DNA of 64,000 nucleotides from an uncultured archaeon. Its GTDB lineage: Archaea > Thermoproteota > EX4484-205 > JAAOZP01. The translations under genes and the position numbers were made by a program. This document shows, in pieces, positions 19,491 to 28,949 of the stretch; the stretch's first letter is position 1, and each line of letters opens with the position of its first letter. The notes below the pieces were generated by a model. It was not told the origin of the DNA. It searched no databases and worked only from the letters and a program-made list of their open reading frames with translations. The DNA is taken from contig CALIBN010000006.1 of NCBI GenBank assembly GCA_938045545.1, positions 1 to 64,000 of the forward strand. Reading direction: 5' to 3'.

Positions 19491-20162
19491 ATGGTGTCTA
19501 GGAGGCTACTGGTGTTAACGCATTCAGCAGGCTTCAAACACGATTATCTTCCTGTCGCCGTTAAAACCATGAGGGAATTGGGTGATCTAAACGGATTTAA
19601 TGTTTTCTCAACGGACGATTGCTCGATTATTAAAGAGAATTTTCTGAATGTTTTTTCAGCGGTGCTTTTCATGACGACCGGCGAGCTGCCCATGGATGAA
19701 GAGCAGAAGAGAATAATCATAGATTTTGTGAGAAACGGGAGGGGGTTCGTAGGCGTCCATAACGCGACTGATACTTTCTACCAATTTCCCGCCTACGGTG
19801 AGATGATTGGGGGCTACTTTAACGGTCACCCTTGGACTCAGGAGGTTGTTGTGAAAGTCGAGGATAATACTCATCCTTCCACTTCGCATCTTCCGGAGAA
19901 GTTTAACGTTAAGGAGGAAGTGTATACTTTTAAGGATTGGAGCCGCAGCAGGACGCGTGTGTTGATAAGCCTAGACAATTCCTCGGTGGACCTTAGCAAG
20001 GGCACTAGGGAAGATAACGATTACGCTTTAGCTTGGTGCCATGAGTATGGTGAGGGCAGGGTTTTCTACACTGCTTTCGGCCACTTCCAAGAAACATGGG
20101 GTGAAGAATGGTTTAGGAAACACCTCTTAGGCGGGATACTGTGGGCTATGAAAATCCTCTAA
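19491..20162 (+). CDS. ThuA-like (trehalose utilisation, class I GATase fold) protein
   Basis: HSAGFKH, GFVGVHNATD, GGYFNGHP, EEVY, GRVFYTAFGH. Confidence 0.85.
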   Translation: MVSRRLLVLTHSAGFKHDYLPVAVKTMRELGDLNGFNVFSTDDCSIIKENFLNVFSAVLFMTTGELPMDEEQKRIIIDFVRNGRGFVGVHNATDTFYQFPAYGEMIGGYFNGHPWTQEVVVKVEDNTHPSTSHLPEKFNVKEEVYTFKDWSRSRTRVLISLDNSSVDLSKGTREDNDYALAWCHEYGEGRVFYTAFGHFQETWGEEWFRKHLLGGILWAMKIL

Positions 20163-20182
20163 GGGCTTTCACCTGCTCATCA

Positions 20183-20947
20183 CTACTGTAATGCTGAGCG
20201 TTGTCCATCACTCGCCCCAGAGCGCATGCTAAGTTTTTCACGTTTAAACATTTCTTGAAGAATAGGAATCTCCCTAATCTTCTCCGGCTGAATAAGACTC
20301 CAATATATGCCTCTGGGCTTCTCCCTATTCCTTTTAACTCTTAGAGTTAAAGTGGGGGTTGCAACGCAGTCCACCTGTAAATCGTACGGGTCAATCTCGA
20401 ACAGCTCTTTTACCAGCTGAACATCATGGATAGTGGTCGCTATGAGAGTGTTCTCCTCAACCTTACCGAACTCTCTTGCAACAGCCCATTCTATCTCAGA
20501 ATACCCCCCACCCTTGCCTATTCTCTCCCCCTGCTCGTTGACAGCCACGCTGCCGACAACCACAAGATCAACCTTTGGCAGGTCTGCAGGATTGATCTTT
20601 CTGCCTAGGGCGAATGCACCCTTGATTGTTGAGGCAAAACCATAGTCTCCCCTGTCTATACTTCCAGGGTCAAGAAGCAGGAAGCCCTCTCTAAGCCTTG
20701 GAGTGGGCATTATTACTGTAATATTGTTTAGAAGCGCCAGCCTTCTAACAGGTGCCTGTGGGGAGTCAGGGTTAACCTTAACCACGCTGGTCCTCCTCCA
20801 TTCTTCAAGCCGGGTAAGCCTTAAGGCTGCTTTCTCAGCGCCCGTAAAATTGGGGATTCTTCCGAAGGCGCCTGGGAAACGGGCTACGTGAAGCTCCTCC
20901 ATTCTTCTCCATATTTCCTCGCGCAGCTCTTGCTTCGTCCTAACCAT
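20183..20947 (-). CDS. 5-formyltetrahydrofolate cyclo-ligase family (MTHFSD-like), start probably 20947
   Basis: KQELREEIW, GRIPNF, KVNPDSPQ, PTPRL, RIGKGGGYSEIE. Confidence 0.88.
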   Translation of the reverse strand: MVRTKQELREEIWRRMEELHVARFPGAFGRIPNFTGAEKAALRLTRLEEWRRTSVVKVNPDSPQAPVRRLALLNNITVIMPTPRLREGFLLLDPGSIDRGDYGFASTIKGAFALGRKINPADLPKVDLVVVGSVAVNEQGERIGKGGGYSEIEWAVAREFGKVEENTLIATTIHDVQLVKELFEIDPYDLQVDCVATPTLTLRVKRNREKPRGIYWSLIQPEKIREIPILQEMFKREKLSMRSGASDGQRSALQ

Positions 20948-20998
20948 GTGGAGACAGATACGTTTTCCCGGCAAAAATATTTTTACAGGCTTCAAACA

Positions 20999-21838
20999 CT
21001 ATTTTTCTTTCCCCATTTGTTCAAGTAGCATTTTCCTCGTCCTAAAAACTCCAGAAACCGCATCCTCCTTCCCTTCAAACTCTATTGAAAGATAACCACG
21101 GTATCCGACTTCCCTAAGGATTTCAAATATCCTTGAGTAATCTATGTCCAGTTCATACCACACTCCCCCACCATAGTAGGTTTTTACGTGAACCAGAACT
21201 GTGTACGGCGCTATTTTCCTCAGGCCGTTATACGTGTCCTCGACGAAGTTTCCAGCATCCATCAGAACCCTCAGCCATTTCGAGTCTACACTCTCAACTA
21301 TTTTTACAACTCCTTCAGGCGTAGCCGTCAAGCCCCAATGATTTTCCAAAGCCATTACTACTCCCAGGTTCTCTGCGACGGGTAGACATTTTTCTATAGA
21401 TTCCACTACCCATTCAAACGCATCCTCATCAGTGTAGCCTGGAATCGGCGGTTCCTTCCCCTTGTTCGCCATCAGCTCGTCAAAACTTCTTATTGTCCCC
21501 CATCGTCCGGAATTCAGCCTGATAGCTGGGGCACCGAGTTTATACGCGATTTCCAGGGAGTGCTTAGTGTGCTCTACTTCTTTTTCCCTCTGCTCTTCGC
21601 TCGGCTTCACGAAATTCTGATGTATAGCAAGACAGTAAATATCCAGACCAAGGCTTAAAGCTAGATTTTTCAAACTGTTCACATAGTCATTGTCTTCACT
21701 TTCCATCTGGACGTGGAGTATTTCGACCCCGTCTAGGTCCAGTTCCCATGCTTTTTCCATGACGAACTCTATCGGAACTTTTTCAGGGAGGAAATGCCAA
21801 AAACTGTAGGTGGAGGTGCCGATCCTGCATTTAAACAT
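20999..21838 (-). CDS. Sugar phosphate isomerase/epimerase (xylose-isomerase-like TIM barrel)
   Basis: STYSFW, DGVE, ALENHWG, DAGNF, HVK, SIEFEG. Confidence 0.85.
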   Translation of the reverse strand: MFKCRIGTSTYSFWHFLPEKVPIEFVMEKAWELDLDGVEILHVQMESEDNDYVNSLKNLALSLGLDIYCLAIHQNFVKPSEEQREKEVEHTKHSLEIAYKLGAPAIRLNSGRWGTIRSFDELMANKGKEPPIPGYTDEDAFEWVVESIEKCLPVAENLGVVMALENHWGLTATPEGVVKIVESVDSKWLRVLMDAGNFVEDTYNGLRKIAPYTVLVHVKTYYGGGVWYELDIDYSRIFEILREVGYRGYLSIEFEGKEDAVSGVFRTRKMLLEQMGKEK

Positions 21839-21952
21839 GGTGGACACAGTGGCATGCAGAGGCTTAAAAATTTTCTTCTCCAACCTCAACGGCCAATGCG
21901 CCTCGTTAAACAAGCCTTATAAGCCGCGGTTACGACGGTTAATCGAAGAGAG

Positions 21953-22777
21953 ATGTTCGTAGGGTTCCTAACCAGCGGGCAGCTGGGAGATTTAAGGAGG
22001 ACTCTTGAATGGGCTGAGGCGAAAGGCTTCAAATCCATCTCCATAGCCACGGGCCCCGGGAGCAGCTTCTTCAACGTGAACGAGGTTGTTTCAAACCCTA
22101 GAGTGGTTAAGGATGTTCTCAACTCCTCCAAGACAATAGTCTCAGCAATAGGCTTCTACGGAAACCCGATTGATCCTGTTGAGGAGAAGAGAAAAACCGC
22201 AAGAGAATTCTTCAAACAGCTTATTGAGGCCGCCTACAGGATAGAGGTTCCCGTTGTAACCGGCTGGATAGGTCTCCACCCGGGGAGCGTGGAGGAAAAT
22301 ATTAGGGAAATCGGAAGAACTTGGCCTGAAATAATCAACCTTGCTGAGGACAGGGGGATTAGGATAGCTATTGAAAACTGTCCGGGGAACATTGCCTATA
22401 GACCAGACATATGGAGGAGAATATTTGAAGAAATACCCTCTAGGAACCTGGGCCTAGAGTTTGACCCGAGCCACCTGATCTGCCAGATGATAGACGCGGT
22501 TAGGGCTGCTGACGAGTTCGGGGACAGAATATACCATACTCATATGAAGGATGCTCAAATACTTTGGGAGAAGGTTGCTGAAAACGGGATACGGAGCGAG
22601 GGATGGTGTCCCCATAGGCTCCCTGGCTTCGGCGAGCTAGACTGGGCCGACTTCATAACTGTTCTTAAAAAACACAAGTATGATTATGCTTTAAGCATTG
22701 AGCATGAGGACCCGTTCTACGAGTATAAGGAGGGCCTACTGCTAGCGAAAAAGTTCCTAGAGCAATTCATACCTTAG
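21953..22777 (+). CDS. Sugar phosphate isomerase/epimerase (xylose-isomerase-like TIM barrel)
   Basis: AIENCP, FDPSHL, HTHMKD, RLPGFG, SIEHED. Confidence 0.87.
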   Translation: MFVGFLTSGQLGDLRRTLEWAEAKGFKSISIATGPGSSFFNVNEVVSNPRVVKDVLNSSKTIVSAIGFYGNPIDPVEEKRKTAREFFKQLIEAAYRIEVPVVTGWIGLHPGSVEENIREIGRTWPEIINLAEDRGIRIAIENCPGNIAYRPDIWRRIFEEIPSRNLGLEFDPSHLICQMIDAVRAADEFGDRIYHTHMKDAQILWEKVAENGIRSEGWCPHRLPGFGELDWADFITVLKKHKYDYALSIEHEDPFYEYKEGLLLAKKFLEQFIP

Positions 22778-22808
22778 CAGTGTAGCCTCGAGCGTTGGAA
22801 AACCTGCG

Positions 22809-23318
22809 ATGAAGACTCTTATCATATATGTCTCGATGCATCACGGCAACACTGAGAAGATTGCCAAAGCCATTGCAGGCGTGCTTGAAGCAGACTTGGC
22901 TACACCGGCTGAAGTGGATGCTGACACAGTTTCAAAGCATGATTTAATCGGGTTCGGCTCCGGAATATATTTTGGGAAACATCATCCAAGTATTTTCAGC
23001 CTTGTCGAGAGGCTTCCCAGTCAAAATGGCAGAGCAGCGTTCATCTTCTCAACAAGCGGTTTAAGGAGAATAAGACTCCTCCACGATTTCGACAAGCCTC
23101 TGAGAAAAAGCCTACTGGCCAAAGGCTTCAGAATCATAGGCGAGTTCAACTGCAGGGGCTGGGACACTTACCCGGTGTGGGTTAAACCGTTCGGCGGGAT
23201 CAATAAAGGTAAGCCAGGGGAAAAGGAGCTTAAGGAGGCCGAGTTGTTCGCAATAAGCTTAAAAAAATATTTTAAAGCCTACCTGTACTCCCTACAGGTT
23301 GGACAGTACCATCTCTGA
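22809..23318 (+). CDS. Flavodoxin-family protein
   Basis: SMHHGNTEKIA, GFGSGIYFG, FSTSG, GEFNCRGWDT. Confidence 0.85.
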   Translation: MKTLIIYVSMHHGNTEKIAKAIAGVLEADLATPAEVDADTVSKHDLIGFGSGIYFGKHHPSIFSLVERLPSQNGRAAFIFSTSGLRRIRLLHDFDKPLRKSLLAKGFRIIGEFNCRGWDTYPVWVKPFGGINKGKPGEKELKEAELFAISLKKYFKAYLYSLQVGQYHL

Positions 23319-23698
23319 TACTGCTGTATGTACATCAACGGGGTGTTACATTTGGGGCATGTCGGCACGGGAACGCTCTCAGCCTGAGCTGCAGGAGGCA
23401 CGGCTGAAACCGGCATTGTCTTCCTTATCTCCTCCATCGCGAGCTGTGTGGAAATACGGAAGGCTGACGCCCATGTTCCTAGAAACGACACCAAGAAGCC
23501 AACTATCCATATAATGATGATGACTCCCACGGCGCTCCAATTCACATCGATATATGGAGGCTCAGGTATCATGCGGACTGCACCCAGCGCGCCGAAAAAG
23601 GTTCCGGCTATAATGATAATTCCTCCGATAATGCTCCAGAGTATTGTGAAAGCTAGGAGGACGAGTGCTGCTTTAAACGCTCTTCCCCAGGAAACCAT
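23279..23698 (-). CDS. Two-TM membrane protein with Pro/Ala linker and C-terminal zinc ribbon
   Basis: Two hydrophobic helices, then AVPPAAQAESVPVP, then CPKC...YIQQYQRWYCPTC. Confidence 0.75.
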   Translation of the reverse strand: MVSWGRAFKAALVLLAFTILWSIIGGIIIIAGTFFGALGAVRMIPEPPYIDVNWSAVGVIIIIWIVGFLVSFLGTWASAFRISTQLAMEEIRKTMPVSAVPPAAQAESVPVPTCPKCNTPLMYIQQYQRWYCPTCREYR

Positions 23699-23836
23699 TT
23701 TTCATCAATGGTTCATCGTTTTTAGATTTTTAAGTTTTAAAAAGCTTCAAAAAGGTGCTTTAAAGGTATTCTCGCCTTTTTTCAGGCAGATATGGTTTAA
23801 GAGCTATGTTTAAAAGGGGGTGCCGACAGGCTTAGG

Positions 23837-23875
23837 CTGGACTGCTTGTTTTTATCAGGGGAAACGAGCATCCGG
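23837..23875 (+). promoter_or_regulatory. Putative 5'-UTR RNA hairpin just upstream of the Shine-Dalgarno site
   Basis: 16-bp stem with four G-U pairs, one bulged C and a 6-nt loop. GGAGGTGA lies at 23882-23889. Confidence 0.5.
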
Positions 23876-23894
23876 AGTAGAGGAGGTGAAGAAG

Positions 23895-24041
23895 TTGAGT
23901 TCAGGATACGGGGTCAGGCCGAGGAAAATGTACAAGATAACTTGCTCGGACTGTGGGAAGGAAGCGGAAGTTCCCTTCAAACCCACGGAAGGCAGGCCTG
24001 TCTATTGTAAGGAGTGCTTCCAAAAACACAGGAAGTATTAA
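23895..24041 (+). CDS. CxxC-x17-CxxC domain protein (48 aa, TTG start)
   Basis: CSDC-GKEAEVPFKPTEGRPVY-CKEC has exactly 17 residues between the Cys pairs. Strong Shine-Dalgarno upstream. Confidence 0.88.
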   Translation: MSSGYGVRPRKMYKITCSDCGKEAEVPFKPTEGRPVYCKECFQKHRKY

Positions 24042-24248
24042 TGGCTAAAGCCTTAGCACAAGCTGGAATCTGTTTCCCGATTTTTTTAAAGCTGTTTTCA
24101 CCGGATTATCATATTCTAGTGTCGCTTATAGCTCAAACCCTGTCTTAAAAAAGGATAGTTGAACTATTCAAGAAATTCCGTAAACCGCTATTAGAAACAG
24201 TCAAACAAACATGGTATATAGAAAAAAATAATGGCTTTATCTCGGACA

Positions 24249-24833
24249 CTATGCTTTTTCAAATCTTTCTTCAACAGTTTTCCAGTCTATTGTTTTGAAG
24301 AACGCCTCTACATAGTCTGCACGCTTCAGCCCATAGTCGATCATGTACGCATGCTCGAAAACATCCATTATGAGGATAGGTTTAGCACCGGAAAGATGCC
24401 CCGCATCATGCTCGTTAATCCACGTGTTCAACAGTCTTCCTGCTGCCGGATCATAGTATAGCGTGACCCAGCCGATTCCACGCATTGTTCCAACAGCCTT
24501 AAAGTCTTTCTCCCAGTTTTCATACGAGCCGAAGTCTTCGGCAATCCTCCTGTACAATCTAGAATCCTTGTCTAACTCTACACTATCCTTCGCCATGTTT
24601 CCGAAGTAGTATTCGTGGAGCCTCATCCCGTTCCACTCCCATCCGAGCCTGCGTTTCAACTCAGCATACTCGGGCGAACCGGTTTTCCCCTCTTTCAGGA
24701 GCGTTGCCAGCGCGTCTATCAGCTTGTTCGCGTTGTTAACGTACCCTTGGTATAGGGTGAAATGGTTTTTGAGAAGTTGGTCGCTGAAGCCTTTAAGACC
24801 AAGCAGGTGTTCAAAACTCTTAGGCTGATACAT
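24249..24833 (-). CDS. sod: Fe/Mn superoxide dismutase (ChrC-like short form)
   Basis: NHFTLYQGYV, MRLHEYYF, GIGW, DVFEHAYMIDY. Confidence 0.9.
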   Translation of the reverse strand: MYQPKSFEHLLGLKGFSDQLLKNHFTLYQGYVNNANKLIDALATLLKEGKTGSPEYAELKRRLGWEWNGMRLHEYYFGNMAKDSVELDKDSRLYRRIAEDFGSYENWEKDFKAVGTMRGIGWVTLYYDPAAGRLLNTWINEHDAGHLSGAKPILIMDVFEHAYMIDYGLKRADYVEAFFKTIDWKTVEERFEKA

Positions 24834-24944
24834 TTTTCATCGAGTCTTTTTCCGCAACCATGTATTTATGCTTATTCCGAACACCGGCTCGTTCGAAGGC
24901 TTTTCGAGTAAAACTTTTATTTTGAAAACAGCTCTTTTCCTAAC

Positions 24945-25745
24945 ATGGACACCAAGTTTTTCAGAAAGCTTGGGCGGAGCGTTTCGAGCCTTGGGCTTGG
25001 AACCTGGAGGATGGGGGAAGACAGGTCTATGGATGATGCTTCAGTAGCCGCGCTTAAACGGGGGGTTGAGCTGGGCGCTACGATGATTGACACTGCTGAA
25101 ATGTATGCTAACGGTAGGGCTGAGGAGCTCGTCGGCAGGGCGATAAAAGGCTTCAACAGGGATGAGCTTTTCATAGTGACTAAGGTTTGGCCGACTAACG
25201 CAAGCTACGAAGGTGTTTTAAAGGCCGCTAGGAGGAGTATGGATAGGCTTGGAACCTTCATAGACCTTTACCTTCTCCACTGGCCTTCAAGCTTCCCGAT
25301 CTGCGAGACGATGAGGGCGATGGAGGAGCTTGTCAACAGGGGCATGGTGAAGCATATCGGATTAAGCAATTTTAACGTTGAAAGCATTGAAGAGGCCAGA
25401 GCATGCTTGAAGAAAACGGATATTGCTGCTGTTCAAAACAGGTTCAGCCCAGCCTATAGGAAGGACTATGCCGACGTGATCCCGTATGCTCAGAGGGAGG
25501 GGATGCTTTACATGGCTTATACTCCTATCGAGAAGGGGGCTCTCTCCGGGAACAGACTGCTGAAGAGGATTGGCGAGAAATACGGTAAGACGCCTATCCA
25601 GGTTGCTTTAAACTGGCTTATCTGCATCGAGCCTGTTGTGCCGATTCCGAAGGCTTCAAGGATGGAGCACGTGGATGAGAACGTTGGAAGCATGGGGTGG
25701 AGGCTGAGCAGCGAGGACTTCACCGAGATTCTGAACCGTCTCTGA
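24945..25745 (+). CDS. Aldo/keto reductase
   Basis: GLGTW, IDTAEMY, TKVWP, DLYLLHWP, IGLSNF, PIPKA. Confidence 0.93.
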   Translation: MDTKFFRKLGRSVSSLGLGTWRMGEDRSMDDASVAALKRGVELGATMIDTAEMYANGRAEELVGRAIKGFNRDELFIVTKVWPTNASYEGVLKAARRSMDRLGTFIDLYLLHWPSSFPICETMRAMEELVNRGMVKHIGLSNFNVESIEEARACLKKTDIAAVQNRFSPAYRKDYADVIPYAQREGMLYMAYTPIEKGALSGNRLLKRIGEKYGKTPIQVALNWLICIEPVVPIPKASRMEHVDENVGSMGWRLSSEDFTEILNRL

Positions 25746-25881
25746 GTTTATGGGTAAGCATCGCAAAAGGCAAGTGTTAAAAGCAGGACGCTTATTAGTC
25801 TTGGAAAACACGGATGAAAATGCTTTCCCCAAAACTGTTTTTTAATCGAAAGCTTTTTGTCAAGCCATAGCATGCTGTCTT

Positions 25882-28041
25882 ATGGTAGACTGGTGGAGGA
25901 AGCGCTTCATATGGCTTACCTGGGGGGATTACGGAGACTTTAGCCAGGAGAATATTGAGAGGGTTGTGGAGGAAGCTTCTCGAAGAAACTGCAACCTTCT
26001 GGAGGTGGTCTCCTACAAGGGGGATATCAACAGGGAGTTCGCCCTTTACGATAGTAAGGTGCTGCCTAAATGGGACGGGGCGGGTGGTAGAGACCTGCTC
26101 CGTGAACAAGTTGAGGCTGCACACCGGAAAGGTCTTAGGACGAGAACATACTTGAATGTTCACTATTACGGTGACGAGTTTTACTCTAAGCATAGGGATT
26201 GGGCTCAGGTTAAGTCAGACGGGAAGCGATTGACACTCTGTACGGCCACGGTTTCTCGATGTGCGTGAACACGCCGTACAGGGATAGAATGTTCAAACTG
26301 ATTCTAGAGATCGCTGAAAGAGGCGTAGACGTGATCTTCCTAGACGGGCCTGCTTACTATCCCGGCGCGTGCTACTGCAAGCATTGCAGAAGCATGGTTT
26401 CCCGATTCCAGCCAGAGAGGATTGGAGCGACCCCGCGTGGAGGAGGTTCGTGATCTTCAGGTATGATTCTATCGCAAGGTTTCTGAAGGACGGGCAGAGA
26501 AAGCTTAGAGAGAAAGGGTTTGAAACCCTTCTTTACAGTAATAACAGCGGCCAAGTGTGGTCCTCATGGAGCTTCGCGCTGAGCGCTGAAGACTCGTATG
26601 AGGGTCAGAGCATCATAGGGATGAGAGCTACCAGTACTACACGCTGCCAAACAGTGTTCCAATCTGGTTTCAGGGTTGGACAACCAAGCTGGCTAACTCT
26701 ATTAAGAGGGAGAAGCCTTTCTGCCTGTTCCTAGCGGCGTCGCATCAGCCGTGGTTTAGGCAGAGGATGCCTGACGTCAAATACTTGTTGGGCAAGGTTC
26801 AGGGGTTGGCGAACGGTGCTGACATGTTTGAAGACCACGGTTTTGCCAGGGAGGCGATTGAAGAGGGTAAGAGGTTTTTCGACACGGCGAGGAGGTATGA
26901 GAGTTATTACCAGGAGGCGGAGTCTGATGCTAGAGTAGCGCTAGTCTGGTCTAGGAGAACAGGCGACTTCTTCTTCGAGGTTCCTCCTCAAGCAGGCGCT
27001 GAGGAGGCTCAGGCAAGGGTTGAGATGGAGAAGCCTGCTACAATAGGGGTTCAGGCAGGTGATTTTCTCAAGGCGCAGAGAATAGCTGCATGGAAGTTTG
27101 AAAGCGAGAAGAAAACCGTTGAAGAGGCAAGGGGCTTCTACGAGGCGCTGCTTCGCCTCCATGTTCCTTTCGACCTGATAAGCGATTTAAACGTTAACAG
27201 CGAGGATTTGAAAAAGTACAGCCTGGTTATTCTGCCTAACGCGGCATGCATGAGCAATAGGCAGGTTGAGGCAGTCCGGTCTTTCGAGTCTGGGGGCGGG
27301 CTGGTCGCAACCTACAAGACCTCCATGTTTGACGAGACGGGTTGTCTTAGGGATCACCCGGCTCTCTCCGACGTCTTCGGAGTCTCAGTAGGGGGAAGGG
27401 TTATGGGGCCTTTAAGATGGGACTACATGGTTATCAAGAAGGATCACGCGCTGGTTGCGGGCGTACCCAAGTTTAAGACGACTCCTGAAGGCTTTAGAAT
27501 ACTTCCAAGCCCGGAATTCGTTATTCAAACCACTGTCTCCCGAGGATTACCGGTCTGCCTACAGCTGGAGCCTGCTCCAGCCAGATATGGGGATCTTACT
27601 CCTGAGACAGGTTTTCCAACGATCGTAGCGTCAGAGTTTGGAAGAGGCAGGGCTGTCTACTTCCCATGCACGTTTGCAGGACAATACTGGAATAACGGGT
27701 TTCTCGATTATCTTAAGATAATTGGAAACTCGGTTGAATGGGCCGGTTGGAGCGTGCGCGACCTTGAGACTGATGCTCCTGAGACTGTTGAAATAACTGT
27801 TTTCAGAGGGAGGAACTATCGTATGCTTCACCTGGTGAATTTTACCTATGCGCTCAGAAGGCCTTTCAACAGGGTTTTCCCGGTGGAGAATATTTCCTTC
27901 AAGATAAGGTCTGTGGAGGAGCCTAGAACAGTTAAGGCGCTTACTCTCGAAAAACCCCTCGAATGGTCCTTTGGGGAAGGGTTTTTACGATTCGTATTGC
28001 CGAAGCTTGGGCTCTATGAAGCGTTGCTGATTGAATACTGA
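25882..28041 (+). pseudogene. Glycoside-hydrolase-like protein (GHL6-like TIM barrel plus GH42 trimerisation-like domain), three frameshifts
   Basis: Pieces: GRDLLREQVEAAHRKGLR; MCVNTPYR..IFLDGP..CYCKHC; EDWSDPAW; GFYEALLRLHVPFD, ILPNAACMS, GGGLVAT, GRAVYFP. Shifts near 26225, 26390 and 26623. Confidence 0.72.
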
Positions 28042-28095
28042 GCAGGCTCATGCTGATTGCGATAACCGGATATCAGCCTATTGACGGTTACTTTT

Positions 28096-28881
28096 TTATT
28101 CGCCTCGTGCAGGCTGCTGACGCTTTTTAAAAATTAAGCCGCACATCCTCCATTTCGAGGATTTTGGCAACCAGCCTCGCCAAAACTCTTTGTAAACAAG
28201 TTTCCAACCATGACTCTTAATAACGCTTTCTGTGAAAGACGGGGTCATGCCCCAGATCCAGTGGCTCGTATCCATTACACTGGCGTCTGAAAAATTAGCC
28301 CAGTAATCTGTTTCCTCAGCCCATTCTTCTCTAAAAGGGATCAGGCTGTAAGCCTTTGAGCCTGAAAGCAGGACTAGGCTGTTGCGGAAAGGCATGGTTT
28401 TCTCAGGCAGTATAGGCTGCGAAACCAGGAAGAACCTGCTTGTTTTCGACAGCATCAGGTTCAGGGTTTGCATTAAATCCGTCTGGTGCAATGGAACATC
28501 GTATGCTAACGCGAGGTCGTAGGATGCGTCTAGGGTGGACATGAACTCCTCGTCTGAAAAATCACCCTTCTAAAGTCTATACCGTTCCTTACGCGAGGAT
28601 TCCGCATCCAGTTTTCTGACACGTACTTGTCAACCATTGTTACTCGAGCTATTCTAAACCTTTCGCGCAAACCCTGGAGTACAGGCCGTCCACCTCCCAC
28701 ATGCCCCCGAAGTCGATTACGCTCTCAACCGGTAGACACTTCTCTATCGGGAGATCTTGCGCAGAATAGTGTCCAAGTCTTTCTCCCAGTCTATAGTCTT
28801 ATAGTCCGCCCTGTCGATCAGCCCGGGTGGAAGAAGCCGATTAAGCGTTGGCGAGCGCATGGTCCTGGCCTGTTCATCCAT
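28096..28881 (-). pseudogene. Class I SAM-dependent methyltransferase-like gene, about three frameshifts
   Basis: Reassembled minus-strand frames give VESVIDFGGMWEVDGLYS, VTMVD, DFR/KGDFSD and YDLALAYDVPLH. Confidence 0.6.
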
Positions 28882-28949
28882 AAGATGCGGGGAACCGAGG
28901 CTTTAAAGCTTATTAGAAGGGATGTTTAAAACTAGTTGAAAACAGTGGC

